64,000 nt of DNA from Octopus vulgaris (GCA_951406725.2 OX597815.1:10044001-10108000), one strand, 5' to 3'; counted from the first letter of the stretch, positions 11,053-23,165 are shown. The notes: a model not told the origin generated them from the sequence alone. Made by a program: numbers and translations.

Positions 11053-12160
11053 AGATTACACATGTGTTCCAGATAGAGTAGAATTTAATGGCTATAACAT
11101 CATGTTATAGGTTATTTTCTTGCCAATCCTACTGGCTGGGTGAAGATTTTGTCCCCACCGGCAGAGGTCTAACAATTCTGTATGAAAGATCACCTAAAAG
11201 AGAGCAATCATCAAGAACAAAAACATGGAAACTTAAGCTGATGGTAGTTAAAAATGTCTCAATGAATGGTAAAATTATTGGCAATCCCTCAATAGAATTA
11301 TCGGATAATCTTCCCAAGATTTATAGCTCATAAATATTGGGAAGGGTTCATGCCATCAATGGAGCTGATCCTAAAAAACATCAACAGAATTACTAACTAA
11401 AACTTCCAAATTTGGTTTTGTTTCCTCTTCTCTGATTATGAAACGGGAAAACTAAAACAAACAAAATCACAATTAAAAATTAGTGTATAAATAAACGAAG
11501 ACGATAGACATGTTAATGATATGAATTTTCTTTCGAGTCTTTTGTGTTTTCTGTAAATTACACAAGGCAGACGGAGGAAAGAGACAAAACATTTAATCGC
11601 TTCCCTCTCCTACTCTTTCCACTCAAAACTGAAACAGATATTTGTAAACCTCTGAGAAAAACTAATGAGAAGAATCACACCAGTTTTACAGAACGCTTCA
11701 TTTTCACAATCGAAACAGGTTGGCCTGGGATTTGAAGAAGTCATTCATCAGAAACTAAAGAAAATTTATATAAGAGAGAAAAACTGAGGACAGATTACAA
11801 GACGAACAGTGAATAACAACATGGAACTTAATTACAAAGAAATTTATCAGACTTGTATGTTGGCCGTGAGGAATGGGACTGAGATCATTAATGTAAGAAA
11901 GCAGTTATTGTTTAACTATACGTAGGTTCAATGAATTTGAAAAATGTTGTTCAGGAAAGTTAAGCCAAGCCTACAAAAGTATAAAGCAAGAATAGCTACA
12001 TTTTCTAAACTGAAAGAAATAGATTAAGTCTTTAATATCCAACATTGAGTATTAATAAATTTCAGAAATATTTAGTGGTTGCTTGTTAGAACTAAAATAT
12101 TGTTAAGTGGAATGATTATAAATTACAAAGATGAATAATAAAGAATAAAGAATAATGAAT

Positions 12161-12336
12161 AGGCGCAGGAGTGGCTGTGTGGTAAGTAGCTTGCTTACCA
12201 ACCACATGGTTCCGGGTTCAGTCCGACTACGTGGCACCTTAGGCAAGTGTCTTCTACTATAGCCCCGGGCCGACCAATGCCTTGTGAGTGGATTTGGTAG
12301 ACGGAAACTGAAAGAAGCCTGTCGTATATATGTATG

Positions 12337-12369
<33 letters not shown>

Positions 12370-12584
12370 TTGTGTGTCTGTGTTTGTCCCCCTAGCATTG
12401 CTTGACAACTGATGCTGGTGTGTTTACATCCCCGTCATTTAGCGGTTCGGCATAAAGAGACCGATAGAATAAGTACTGGGCTTACAAAGAATAAGTCCCG
12501 GAGTCGATTTACTTGACTAAAGGCGGTGCTCCAGCATGGCTGCAGTCAAATGACTGAAACAAGTAAAAGAGTAAAGAGTAAAGA
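12161..12584 (+). mobile_element. SINE family A, full length
   Basis: Same head, body and tail as the 10661 copy. Confidence 0.92.
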
Positions 12585-12817
12585 ATTGAATGTCTAGTTA
12601 GTTCCAACATAGCATTTACATGAGTACTATTATGGATATGGTACATCTAGGGTTCATCTTAGTAGCTTAACTACTCTTGCTCTTCACAATATTATTCAAT
12701 TTTTATCTCCACCTGTTCTAAACAAGGTAACTATTTAAATTGAATAACGATTTTTTGCCAGGCTGGTAAAAAAATCCATTTCCAAGTTGTATGTATAAGC
12801 TATATACCTTACACATA

Positions 12818-13213
12818 TCTTTATATATAAAAGTAAGGTTATGTGTCTGTCTCCTACAATTTAGATTCCTAACTACTCCCACATTTTGCGGTGCAGTTTA
12901 ACCAAAACTGGGTATCTTATAGTCGTGATTCATATCGAGCCCTTCTGGGTATTAGCGCGCATCTACGATGAGTCTACGATTTAAAAAAAAATTTACCATC
13001 ATTTTTTTCCATTTTAATGCATTTTTTCGCTATTATATAAGGGAAGTAACTCTCTAAAAATGTCTACGATGAGTCAACGATTTAAAAAAAAATTTACCAT
13101 CATTTTTTTTCCATTTTTAATGTATTGTTTTGCTATTTTTTGGCTATAACTCTAAAAATGCTTATATAGTTATTTCCCTTACAAACCCGAGCAACGCCGG
13201 GCGATACTGCTAG
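12818..13213 (+). mobile_element. Non-autonomous Helitron
   Basis: A|TCTTTATATATAAAAG ... CCCGAGCAACGCCGGG hairpin ... CTAG|T, no TSD; near-identical copy at 50001-50385. Confidence 0.85.
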
Positions 13214-13840
13214 TTACAGATAAATACATCTAACTTTATGAGTTACAATCAACGAATACTTTGCCACGTCGACAACCAGATCTATAGGGATTAGTTGATA
13301 AGTAAAGTCAGTGTTTTTAAGTAATAAATGCATTAACTCTTCTTTTGATTGATTCCCCTAACAATGTAAAATAGCATCTATGAAACACACAATTATCACT
13401 AAAACACCAGTATTAAATTACAAATGATCAAAATGAGTTCTTTTACCAACAAACTATAATGATTTTCAGCCACTATTTTTGAATAATATCTGAAGAGATG
13501 AGATAGTTACTTATAAAATGATGAAGAAATATGTGAGCCAACAAGCTCAAACTCTTAGAAACAACAGCTAAGACATCCTCCAATAATACAAAGTAAGGAA
13601 ATATTGGAAACTGTAGTCCTGGATAAGCTAGAGCCAGACCAAAAAAAGAAAAAAAAAGAGGGCCATGGCTGGATTTCTTTTGTGTTTTATTGGACCATAG
13701 CTGAGCTAGGACAAAATAAAAGACATGGGTACAGAAAAAACTATGGTCCATAGAGATAGATTTACCAAACAGAAATAATGTCTTGAGTTTGAAGAAATAA
13801 TGTAAAAAGCTCAATTGGTAGGAAAAACATCATTCTATAG

Positions 13841-14041
13841 CAGTGGTTTTCAACCAGGGTTCCGCCAGTAAAGTCCAGGGGTTCCGCAAGAAGTTACAAA
13901 ACTGCTAACATCGTCAGTAATTTTTAATTCTCCTGTGCAGATATGTGTGCATAAGACTATTAAATTATTGCACCGGGGTTCCTGGAGCCAGTGGAATGTT
14001 TCCTTGGGGTTCCGCTCCAGCAAAAAGTTTGAAAAGCACTG
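13841..14041. mobile_element. hAT-type MITE
   Basis: TIRs CAGTGGTTTTCAA / TTGAAAAGCACTG and a perfect 8-bp TSD TTCTATAG (13833-13840, 14042-14049). Confidence 0.9.
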
Positions 14042-14061
14042 TTCTATAGCAATGTCAGAAA

Positions 14062-14283
14062 ATGCAGAAACGTTAGCAAGCCAGGCGAAATGCTTAGCGG
14101 TATTTCATCTGCCGTTACGTTCTTAGTTCAAATTCCGCCGAGGTCGACTTTGCCTTTCATCCTTTCGGGGTCGATTAAATAAGTACCAGTTACGCACTGG
14201 AGTCGATGTAATCAACTTAATTCCTTTGTCTGTCCTTGTTTGTCTTCTCTGTGTTTAGCCCTTTGTGGGCAATAAAGAAATAA
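14062..14283 (+). mobile_element. SINE family B (MetaSINE-like core)
   Basis: GTCGACTTTGCCTTTCATCCTTTCGGGGTCGAT.AA.TAAGTACCAG core; tail AAAGAAATA. Confidence 0.88.
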
Positions 14284-15544
14284 AAAAATTTGTTGTCATA
14301 TGAAGGCGCAAGCATGGCTTTGAGGTAAGAAGCTTGCTATCCAACCAAATGATCATAGGTTCAGTCCCACTGCATGGCACCTTGGTCAAAAGTCTTCTAT
14401 TACAACCCCAGGTCAACCAAAGCCTTGTGAGTGGATTTGGTAGACAGAGATTGCATGTATGTACCTTTGTCTTGACATAATGTAATGCTTATAAACAAGC
14501 AGTGTTGTCCATTTTCAGTCTTCAATGCAAAACTTTCTTGGTTATCACAAAACATTACATTACTTGGAAACTGGTGAAGGTTGGTAGCAGGAAGGGTATC
14601 CAACCACGGGGAGGGGAGAAACTGCCTTAACTAATTCTATCCAATCCATGCTAGCACGGAAAAGCAGATGTTAATCAATTGATGGTAATGATGGTTTAGT
14701 TATGTCCTACTTACTGGATCCAACTTTGCTCTTCATTCTTCCAATGCAGAATATCAATTCTGCGATCAATGAGCAAACTGCTCCTTCCCTATATTGGCGG
14801 TCTTGAGTTTAGCTTAGAAATAATTATCAGTGCTAATTTGCAGGCAATGAGCCCATTCATAATTTCTTAAACATGGGACAAAGCACTCCAGTGTCAGCAA
14901 TTATCATTATTACAGTCATTAATGTGCAATGAATAAATTACAGCTAATTCAGAAAGACAATAGAAGTGGGACAGTGAAGGAGGAAAGAAGGAGTGGGAGT
15001 GAAATTTAGTAAGGCTACAGTTGAACGTATCTCTACAAGCAATTACATAAATGGATATTCATTCATCATACTAATGCAAACATGCACGTACACACACACA
15101 CAAATATATTTGCATTTCATTCTTAGATGAAGTTTGAAATTAAGCAGTTGTTTAGTCCCAAGTGAACAGAGATTCAGCAGGACTATCTATGATCAAAGGT
15201 CCTACAATCGCGAGATCGTGGTTTCAATTCTCAGACTGGGTGGCATGGTGTGTTCTTGAATAAAACACTCCATTTCACACTGCGCCTGTTCGCTCAGGGT
15301 GACCCGACCCTGTGATGGTCTGGCATCCAGTTTAGGAGGGATGTTGTGATTTCAGTCACACATACACCATGGACACTGGATAAAAGTTGTTCCAGCCATG
15401 ACAGCCCTGTCTAACAACTTAATGTCCAGTTTATTTAAGACAGCAAGATATAATTTGAAGGCTGTTTGGTTGTTATTTCTAGGAGGTCAAAAATTTATGT
15501 AGATGCAGTATACAAAATCTTTGACTCTTGATACTACAATCTAT

Positions 15545-15829
15545 TTCAATTCAATTCAATTCAATTTTTATTGGCTCAAAAAGCAGAAGCAAGGCCATGT
15601 AGGGGGACAGGAAGGGTGGTCATACAATGCGTTCAGGCCATTTCTGGTCAAGAGAGACTTTGAACCGAGCGGTCGTCGGCATCTTCACTATCTCGTCCGG
15701 CAGCTTATTCCAAAGATCTGCAACCCGGACAGAGAAAGCCTTTCTCCTTCGGTTGAGATGAAATCGTCGTAGATAGAGCTTTTTGGAGTGACCCCGCAGC
15801 CCATGCTCTGGAGCAGGAGTGAAGAACAG
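15545..15829 (-). mobile_element. CR1-clade LINE 3' end with a (GAATT)n tail
   Basis: FFTPAPEHGLRGHSKKLYLRRFHLNRRRKAFSVRVADLWNKLP; RGH..KL and F..RV...WN.LP are CR1 ORF2 C-terminal motifs. Confidence 0.88.
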
Positions 15830-16218
15830 ACCCACTGGTTCTGATTTCTCTATTTGTAATAGACTTCTTGTTTTGGCAGGATGTGTAGTAAAGAATTTTA
15901 CTTCACAAGCATGTGGCTAGTTTCAGTTTCAATTCCACAGCAGGGCACCTTGGGTGTGTGTCTTCTACTATAACCATAGGTTAACTTCTGATTCATCAGT
16001 GAAATTTGGTAGCTGGAAACTATAAGGGGAATGACTGTATATATTACCATCATCATCATCATTTAATATCCATTTTCCATGCTGGTATGGGTTGAACAGC
16101 ATGACAGGAACTGGCAAGGCCAGGGGCCGCACCAGGTTCTGTAGTTTGTCTTGCCTTTGTTTCTGCAGTTGGATGCCCTTCAACGATACCACTTAGGGAG
16201 TGGTATCATTGCAACCTA

Positions 16219-16620
16219 GGCGGCGAGCTGGCAGAAATGTTAGCACGCTGGGCAAAATGCTTAGCAGTATTTCGTCTGCCGTTACGTTGTGAGTTCAAAT
16301 TCCGCCGAGGTCGACTTTGCCTTTCATCCTTTCGGGGTCGATAAATTAAGTACCAGTTACGCACTGGGGTCGATGTAATCGACTTAATCCGTTTGTCTGT
16401 CATTGTTTGTCCCCTCTATGTTTAGCCCCTTGTGGGTAATAAAGAAATAGGTATTTCGTCTGCCGCTACGTTCTGAGTTCAAATTCCGCCGAGGTCGACT
16501 TTGCCTTTCATCCTTTAGGGGTCGATAAATTAAGTACCAATTATGCACTGGGGTCGATGTAATTGACTTAATACCTATGTCTGTCCTTGTTTGTCCCCTT
16601 GTAAGTAGTAAAGAAATAAG
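16219..16620 (+). mobile_element. SINE family B head-to-tail dimer
   Basis: One head and two body/tail units joined at GGTAT; flanking TSD GTATC(A/G)TTGCAAC (16203-16215, 16620-16632). Confidence 0.9.
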
Positions 16621-17172
16621 TATCGTTGCAACGTATTTTAAGGACAAAGTCCAGTACCCCAGCAATGCAACATGCAAAGACATGGTGTAAAGTGTCTCAC
16701 TTGAAAACAAGTAACAGTTGACATCAAGAGGGGTGTCCAGCTGTAGAACAAAGCCTCTGGAAATTTTGTTCAATGCATGCTGACATAGAAGAAGTGAATG
16801 TAAAAATGATGATTGATTAATTGACTGGAAGCACATCACATAGATGGACAATGTGTATCATCAAACGATTTTTAGCACTGTAACTTGCCAATGTTTGGGC
16901 TTGAATGCTAAAGATATGTAATTGTGGCTTCTTTGCTTTTCTTTTTATAATACTCATCAATAAAGATACAAACAGAATAAACCAATACTGAACACATTTC
17001 AGAGAAGAAGGCAAATCAAATAATGTGTAATATAGATACATGAAAACAGTTCTTATGCATAGTAAATGCTGTGAGAGAACAACAGTGGCTCACCCCTTGG
17101 AACGAAGTATGTAACCCAACATGTAGTAGACTTTAACATGGAATAGTCAAAGATAAAAGCTTTTGATCTTAA

Positions 17173-17806
17173 CCCTTTAGTATTCAGATTATTCTACCAA
17201 ATGTGATGCTTGCTTATTCACATTGCATTGAATTAATCCTGCATTATCTCATAGCTTTGAGATTTCTGCAATGTGACTCTCTTACTCTTTACTCTTTTAC
17301 TTGTTTCAGTCATTTGACTGCGGTCAAGCTGGAGCACCGCCTTTAATCGAGCAAATCGACCCCAGGACCTATTCTTTTGTAAGCCCAGTACTTATTCTAT
17401 CGGTCTCTTTTGCCAGACCGCTACGTAACGGGGACATAAACACACCAGCATCGGTTGTCAAGCAATGCTAGGGGGACAAACACACTCACACAAACACACA
17501 CATGCATATATATATATATACACATATATACGACAGGCTTCTTTCAGTTTCCGTCTACCAAATCCACTCACAAGGCTTTGGTCGGCCCGAGGCTATAGCA
17601 GAAGACACTTGCCCAAGGTGCCATGCAGTGGGACTGAACCCGGAACCATGTGGTTGGTAAACAGGCTACTTACCACACAGCCACTCCTGCGCCTTTACTT
17701 TGGGAATAATATTGCAGGATAGGGTAAGGGGCTGGATCTGACTGGTTTTGAACAAAAAGGAGGTAAAATATTTAGGCCGGATATGGCCGGTTTGAATGCT
17801 AAAGGG
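17173..17806. mobile_element. piggyBac-like MITE with a nested SINE A (17281-17693, minus)
   Basis: TTAA|CCCTTTAGTATTCAGA ... TTTGAATGCTAAAGGG|TTAA; related copies at about 36407-36470 and 60280-60497. Confidence 0.85.
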
Positions 17807-19027
17807 TTAAATCTTGGCACTAAACATGGTCAATACCACTGATAGCATTAATGATGTCTTACAATGTCTTAGAATGTCTTCAAAATACTCACATATACAA
17901 CATGTAAGCCTTATTTATCTTGTGAAGTGGAGTGCTTAAGAAATACATAACCTTACAGGCCAAATAACTCTGACAGTAGCAATAACGATATAAAAGAAAG
18001 TACTATTACTTCCTTTTCCTTATGTTGTAAGTCTGCACAGAATATTTTATAAAATGAATGTTTCACACAGAAAAATAAACTCTGGAAATACAATACAAAA
18101 TATTGAAATTTTTTACAATGCTTCTGGTTCAAAAATACCAGTAATTCAGGAACCATTTTTACAATCGGTACACTGAACACCCACTTTTCCATATTATACT
18201 CAAATCAGATTTGAAAGACCCTTTTCACAATGGGAGTGGTCTTAGAACAGATATATAAAAACGTTGCATTCAACAACACATATAGATATCATAAATGACA
18301 TTTGTAAACAAATATGCAAGCTTACAAAATAAAATTGGCAACAGGAAGCACAGAAGCACGTGAATGTAATAATATACGCATACACCCACCCATCACTCTC
18401 ATTAACTATCCCACAAATTAGCCATTCCGAGCTAGAAAATTTTAAGAGTGGGTCTCCCAAACACCATCACTGGTAGAGGGTTCAATGCCCTCGGCTCGTG
18501 GTTTTCAGTGAACACAAATTATATCATCACGACTCACACCTTTCCAACTAATTAACCTCCTTTCTGTGCTTTTCCCCCTCTCCTATACTCGATTCTAAAC
18601 ACCCAACCCCTTACGTATCCCCACTCCACTCACACACACACACACATACTCTCTCTCTCTCTGTCTCTCTCCACAGATCCTATACCTTACACATCCTTCT
18701 ACTACTTTCTGTTTATTCTCCTTCCTGAGCCACTCCTATGCCACCCACAGCACTTCACACTGGTATTCCTCACCACCTGCACCTCCACCTTTGTTCTTCA
18801 CTCACTACACCAACCTCTGCTTCCACCTGTTTATTTCCTCCTTACACTCTTATAAAAGCATCCATTCTCTCATCCCCTACCATGAACCACTGTCCTCATC
18901 TCTTCTTATGCTCACCTTGTTCCTGATCTTTGAGAGCTTGCTCTAGCACCCATCACTGTTTTCCTCTCATCATCCTTTATAGCAAAACACCTGTACTTGT
19001 CCCTCTATCATACTTCAGCCATTCGAC

Positions 19028-19251
19028 ACTGGCAGAAACGTTAGCATGCCGGGCGAAATGCTTAGTGGTATTTCGTCTGCCGCTATGGTCTGAGTTCAAA
19101 TTCCGCCGAGGTCAACTTTGCCTTTCATCCTTTCGGGGTTGATTAAATAAGTACCAGTTACGCACTGGGGTCGATATAATCGACTTAATCCGTTTGTCCT
19201 TGTTTGTCCTCTCTGTGTTTAGCCCCTTGTGGGTAGTAAAGAAATAGGTAT
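19028..19251 (+). mobile_element. SINE family B monomer
   Basis: Core motif and AAAGAAATAGGTAT tail. Confidence 0.88.
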
Positions 19252-20409
19252 AAAGCCAATCATCTCCCCCTCCGCCTCCCAAATACTTTTCCATAGTAGC
19301 GAGAGCTTTTGTCTTGCCTTTCCTTCTCCTCTGTTCAATTCTGTCTTGCAAATTACACGGCAACTTCATTAGTGCTGGTGGCACAAGAAAAGCACCCAGT
19401 GCACTCTGCAAAGATGACACTGGAGCCCATCACAGCCCTGCAGCTCACTGGTTACTCATCGAATCACCCCTACCCATGCCAGCATGGAAAGCAGACATTA
19501 AATGATGGTGATGATGAATTCAGTTTCTTAGATACTCCACGCCAACACATACACATACAGAGCCTACAACTCTACTCTTCCTCAGACATTACGTCTGCTT
19601 CACACATCCAACTATTACAACTCCTGGCAAACAATCCCCCATTTTTTTTTATTACACTATTATACACCGATTATCACCACAACATATTTGCACATAAGGA
19701 AGAAAGCGAAAACACTTTTATGAATGTCAAAAAAAAAAAAAGAAAAAATCATTATGGGACAAGTTCTACTAAGAAACAGAATCAGAAATCACCAGCATGG
19801 ACAGTGCAGTACATATTTATTCAATGAAATAATTATACACACATCGAAAGAAGAAAAAAAAAAAATCTTACAATGTAATAGGAAAAAAATACAACCTTAA
19901 AATTACGCACATACTACAAATAGCTATCACACACAAAAAAAAAGTACAATAATCAGAATTACACAAATGGAAAAGGAAATGTAAAAAAAAAAAAAAACCC
20001 ATAAAACTAGTAGTTGAACACTATACAGGGTAATTAAAAGTATTAGCATTAACAAGTCACACCACACCCATAACACAATAACACACACATTCGCATACAC
20101 AAAACACATACATACATACACACACATATACATACATGCTGTAACACCAAGTAGACAACAAACATTTCTCAAAAATCAGCCACTAAAATAACGCACAGCG
20201 ATTAAAAAAAAAGGAAAGTACACACACATACAAAAAAAAATACATATACAGCTTCACTCATTTTCATCCCCTCAAGCCCAATCTCTAACCATTTCTCGCT
20301 CTCCTCCTGTACTCTTATGGAATTACCCACTCTTTCCTTCCCTCCTGATCCAGTCTACGGTCTCCTTTAAACTCACCTTCTTGTACCTTGAGAGTATGCT
20401 CTAGCACCT

Positions 20410-20720
20410 CATCATCATCATCATCATTGTTCGACCGTGGTTGAGACAATGGAATTTACTATGTTACGCCAGACTTCACGGTCCATCATAGCATTACGGA
20501 GGTCCTGTTGCTTGATGCCTGTATCCACCAGCACAGGTATCACAACTACAATTTCCATTAGATATTTATTTTGATGTTGATGTACTTGACTCAACAGGTC
20601 TCCTCAAGCACAGCAGGTCATGTGCCACCAGCACAGAAGCTAGTCAAGGTGGCGCTGGCTTCGGCCACGTGCGGCTGGTGCTTTTTACGTGCCGCTGGCA
20701 CGATATTAAATCAAGATGAT
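20410..20720 (-). mobile_element. RTE-like 3' end fragment plus an upstream-type family C fragment
   Basis: 20410-20525 is the reverse complement of about 39110-39215; 20526-20720 carries GTGCCACC..GCAC units. Confidence 0.7.
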
Positions 20721-21040
20721 GATTTCGTCTACACCACATTTCTGAACTCCTCTTTTCAGTTGACAACCACCAGTTGTGCTCTAACTGTCCCCTGCCACTA
20801 GAGGAGCCACTAAAATCTAGAGATGTACAAGAATAGATTAGGCAGAACTGTGGAGAAAACATGTCCGGAATGTGGCACTGCATCCTAGCTGGCTAGACGG
20901 TGACATGGCAAAACTGGGAAGATTAAATGTGGGTCATGCCTCACTATTTAATCAGTGCCACAAGACAACTTGATCAGGAATGAGTAAAAGTGACACATCA
21001 CCAGTAACACCATAGCTAACAGCATCGCTGATAACACCAA

Positions 21041-21646
21041 TACCTATTTCTTTACTACCCACAAGGGGTTAATCACAGAGGGGATAAACAAGGACAAACA
21101 AATGGATTATAAGTCGATTATATCGACCCCAGTGTGTAACTGGTACTTAATTTATCGACCCCAAAAGGATGAAAGGCAAAGTCGACCTCGGCGGAATTTG
21201 AACTCAGAACGTAGCGGCAGACGAAATACCTATTTCTTTATTACCCACAGGGGGCTAAACATAGAGGGGACAAACAAGGACAGACATAGGTATTAAGTCG
21301 ATTACATCGACCCCAGTGCGTAACTGGTACTTATTTAATTGACCCCAAAAGGATGAAAGGCAAAGTCGACCTCAGCGGAATTTGAACTCAGAACGTAGCG
21401 GCAGACGAAATACCTATTTCTTTATTACCCACAGGGGGCTAAACATAGAGGGGACAAACAAGGACAGACATAGGTATTAAGTCGATTACATCGACCCCAG
21501 TGCGTAACTGGTACTTAATTTATCGACCCCGAAAGGATGAAAGGCAAAGTCGACCTCAGCGGGATTTGAACTCAGAACGTAACGCCAGACGAAATACCGC
21601 TAGGCGTTTCGTCCGGCGTGCTAACGTTTCTGCCAGCTTGCCGCCT
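21041..21646 (-). mobile_element. SINE family B head-to-tail trimer
   Basis: Units start at 21041, 21227 and 21411 (184-186 bp), with a single head at 21595-21646; imperfect TSD ACACCA(A/C)TACC. Confidence 0.9.
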
Positions 21647-21859
21647 TCGACACCACTACCACCACCAGCTAACTGCTACATAGACATTCGGTCAACTAAT
21701 AAACAGCAGCACAATCTCCTTCAAATCACAGCCGTCCATGTTAAAAAAAGGGCATGGTGAAGAATGTAATCCAACATGTAACATGTAGTATACCTTAACA
21801 TGGGATGCTCATGGATGAAAGCCTTTGATCCTAAATTTTGGCACTAAACATGACTAACA

Positions 21860-22150
21860 CCATTGATACAAATAGTACCATTACATTGATAATAACACCA
21901 TCACCACCACCACTGATACCAAAGACAACACCACTATTATGATAACACCATTATTAATGATAACAACACTGATAACAATAACAGAACTGCCACCACCACC
22001 ACTACCAATACAGATAACAATTACATCACAATGAACATCAATAACTCTCCACCACCACCACCACTAACATCAATGACAACAATAGTGACACCACTGATGA
22101 CAACACCACCACCACCACGAACCCTACTGATACCAACACACCAGCACCAT
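21860..22150. repeat. Degenerate (CAC/AAC/AAT)n low-complexity region
   Basis: Trinucleotide periodicity. Confidence 0.75.
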
Positions 22151-22197
22151 ATAGGTGAGTGAGAAATGGCCCATGTGTCTACAGTGGATACACTTAC

Positions 22198-22263
22198 TAG
22201 TCCGTGTGAACATTTTTCCCAGAGAGAATCACTGCATTATTTTGGTGCACTTAACAGAATTTC
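22198..22263 (-). pseudogene. Duplicated copy of the candidate cassette exon with an in-frame TAA (pseudo-exon or poison exon)
   Basis: gtctttttccag|66 nt|gtaagt, paralogous to 23166-23228. Reads EILLSAPK* in phase 0. Confidence 0.45.
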
Positions 22264-22404
22264 CTGGAAAAAGACAATAGCAGCACCACTAATAAAGACA
22301 GGTACACACACACACACACACTTTTGTGTACTCCCATAACAGACAAATATCTACTCAAGCAAAAGCGTAACAAGGGAAACAACCACACCAATTCTATCGG
22401 TTAA

Positions 22405-22626
22405 CCCTTTCATTACCAATCCGGCTGAAACCGGCTCTGGCTCTGTAGTACAAATGTCTTGTTTTCAAAAGTTCTGAATTAAAATCTTCCACCAAACCTT
22501 AGTCACAATTTATGTTCCTAACACTACCTTAATGATAACTAAGTTATTTTACTAAATTCTTTGTTATATTTAAAATTAATTGAAAGGAACACAGAGCATC
22601 TCAACAGAAATATGGTAACAAAAGGG
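22405..22626. mobile_element. piggyBac-like MITE (second family); adjacent sister copy at 22658-22864
   Basis: TTAA|CCCTTTCATTACC ... GGTAACAAAAGGG|TTAA. Confidence 0.85.
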
Positions 22627-23165
22627 TTAAGATATATAAAAGAGAAACAATTCTTAACCCTTTTGATACCAACCTGGCTGAAACTGCCTCTGGCTTTGAG
22701 TACAAATGTCTTGTTTTCATAAGCTTTGAATTAAAATCTTCCACCAAACTTTAGTCACAATCTATGTTCCTAACACTAGCTTAATGGTAACTAAGTTATT
22801 TTACTAAATTCTTTGTTATATTTAAAGTAATCGAAAGAAACACAGAGCATCTCAAAATAAAGGGTTCAACCAATACCACCAACACAATCAGCATCACTAT
22901 AGGTAACAACCACCAATAACATGACCACCACTGCCAATACCAACACCAAAGCATAATACAAAAAAAAACAACAAAAAAACACCAACACAACACAAACAAC
23001 AATTTAAGACAGAAAGTGTGCTACTAGTTAATGAAGATAGAGAAGGGCCCAAACCCAGTCACAAAGGTGATTGAGAGAGGGCCCGTGAAGAGACAAAAAG
23101 CCCAAGCCGAAGCACATAGGTGAGTGAGAAAGGACCCATGTGTCTACAGTGGATGATACACTTAC

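Noticed and set aside
14715-14788. Possible extra FNIP exon with a GTAAGT donor
   Set aside because: 74 nt (phase 0 to 2) would break the frame, the acceptor is weak, and there is no FNIP similarity.
17957-18032. Possible extra FNIP exon with a GTAAGG donor
   Set aside because: There is a stop codon in the required phase-0 frame.
21041-21646. Retrozyme interpretation of the SINE B multimers
   Set aside because: I found no CUGANGA...GAAA hammerhead core in the unit on either strand.
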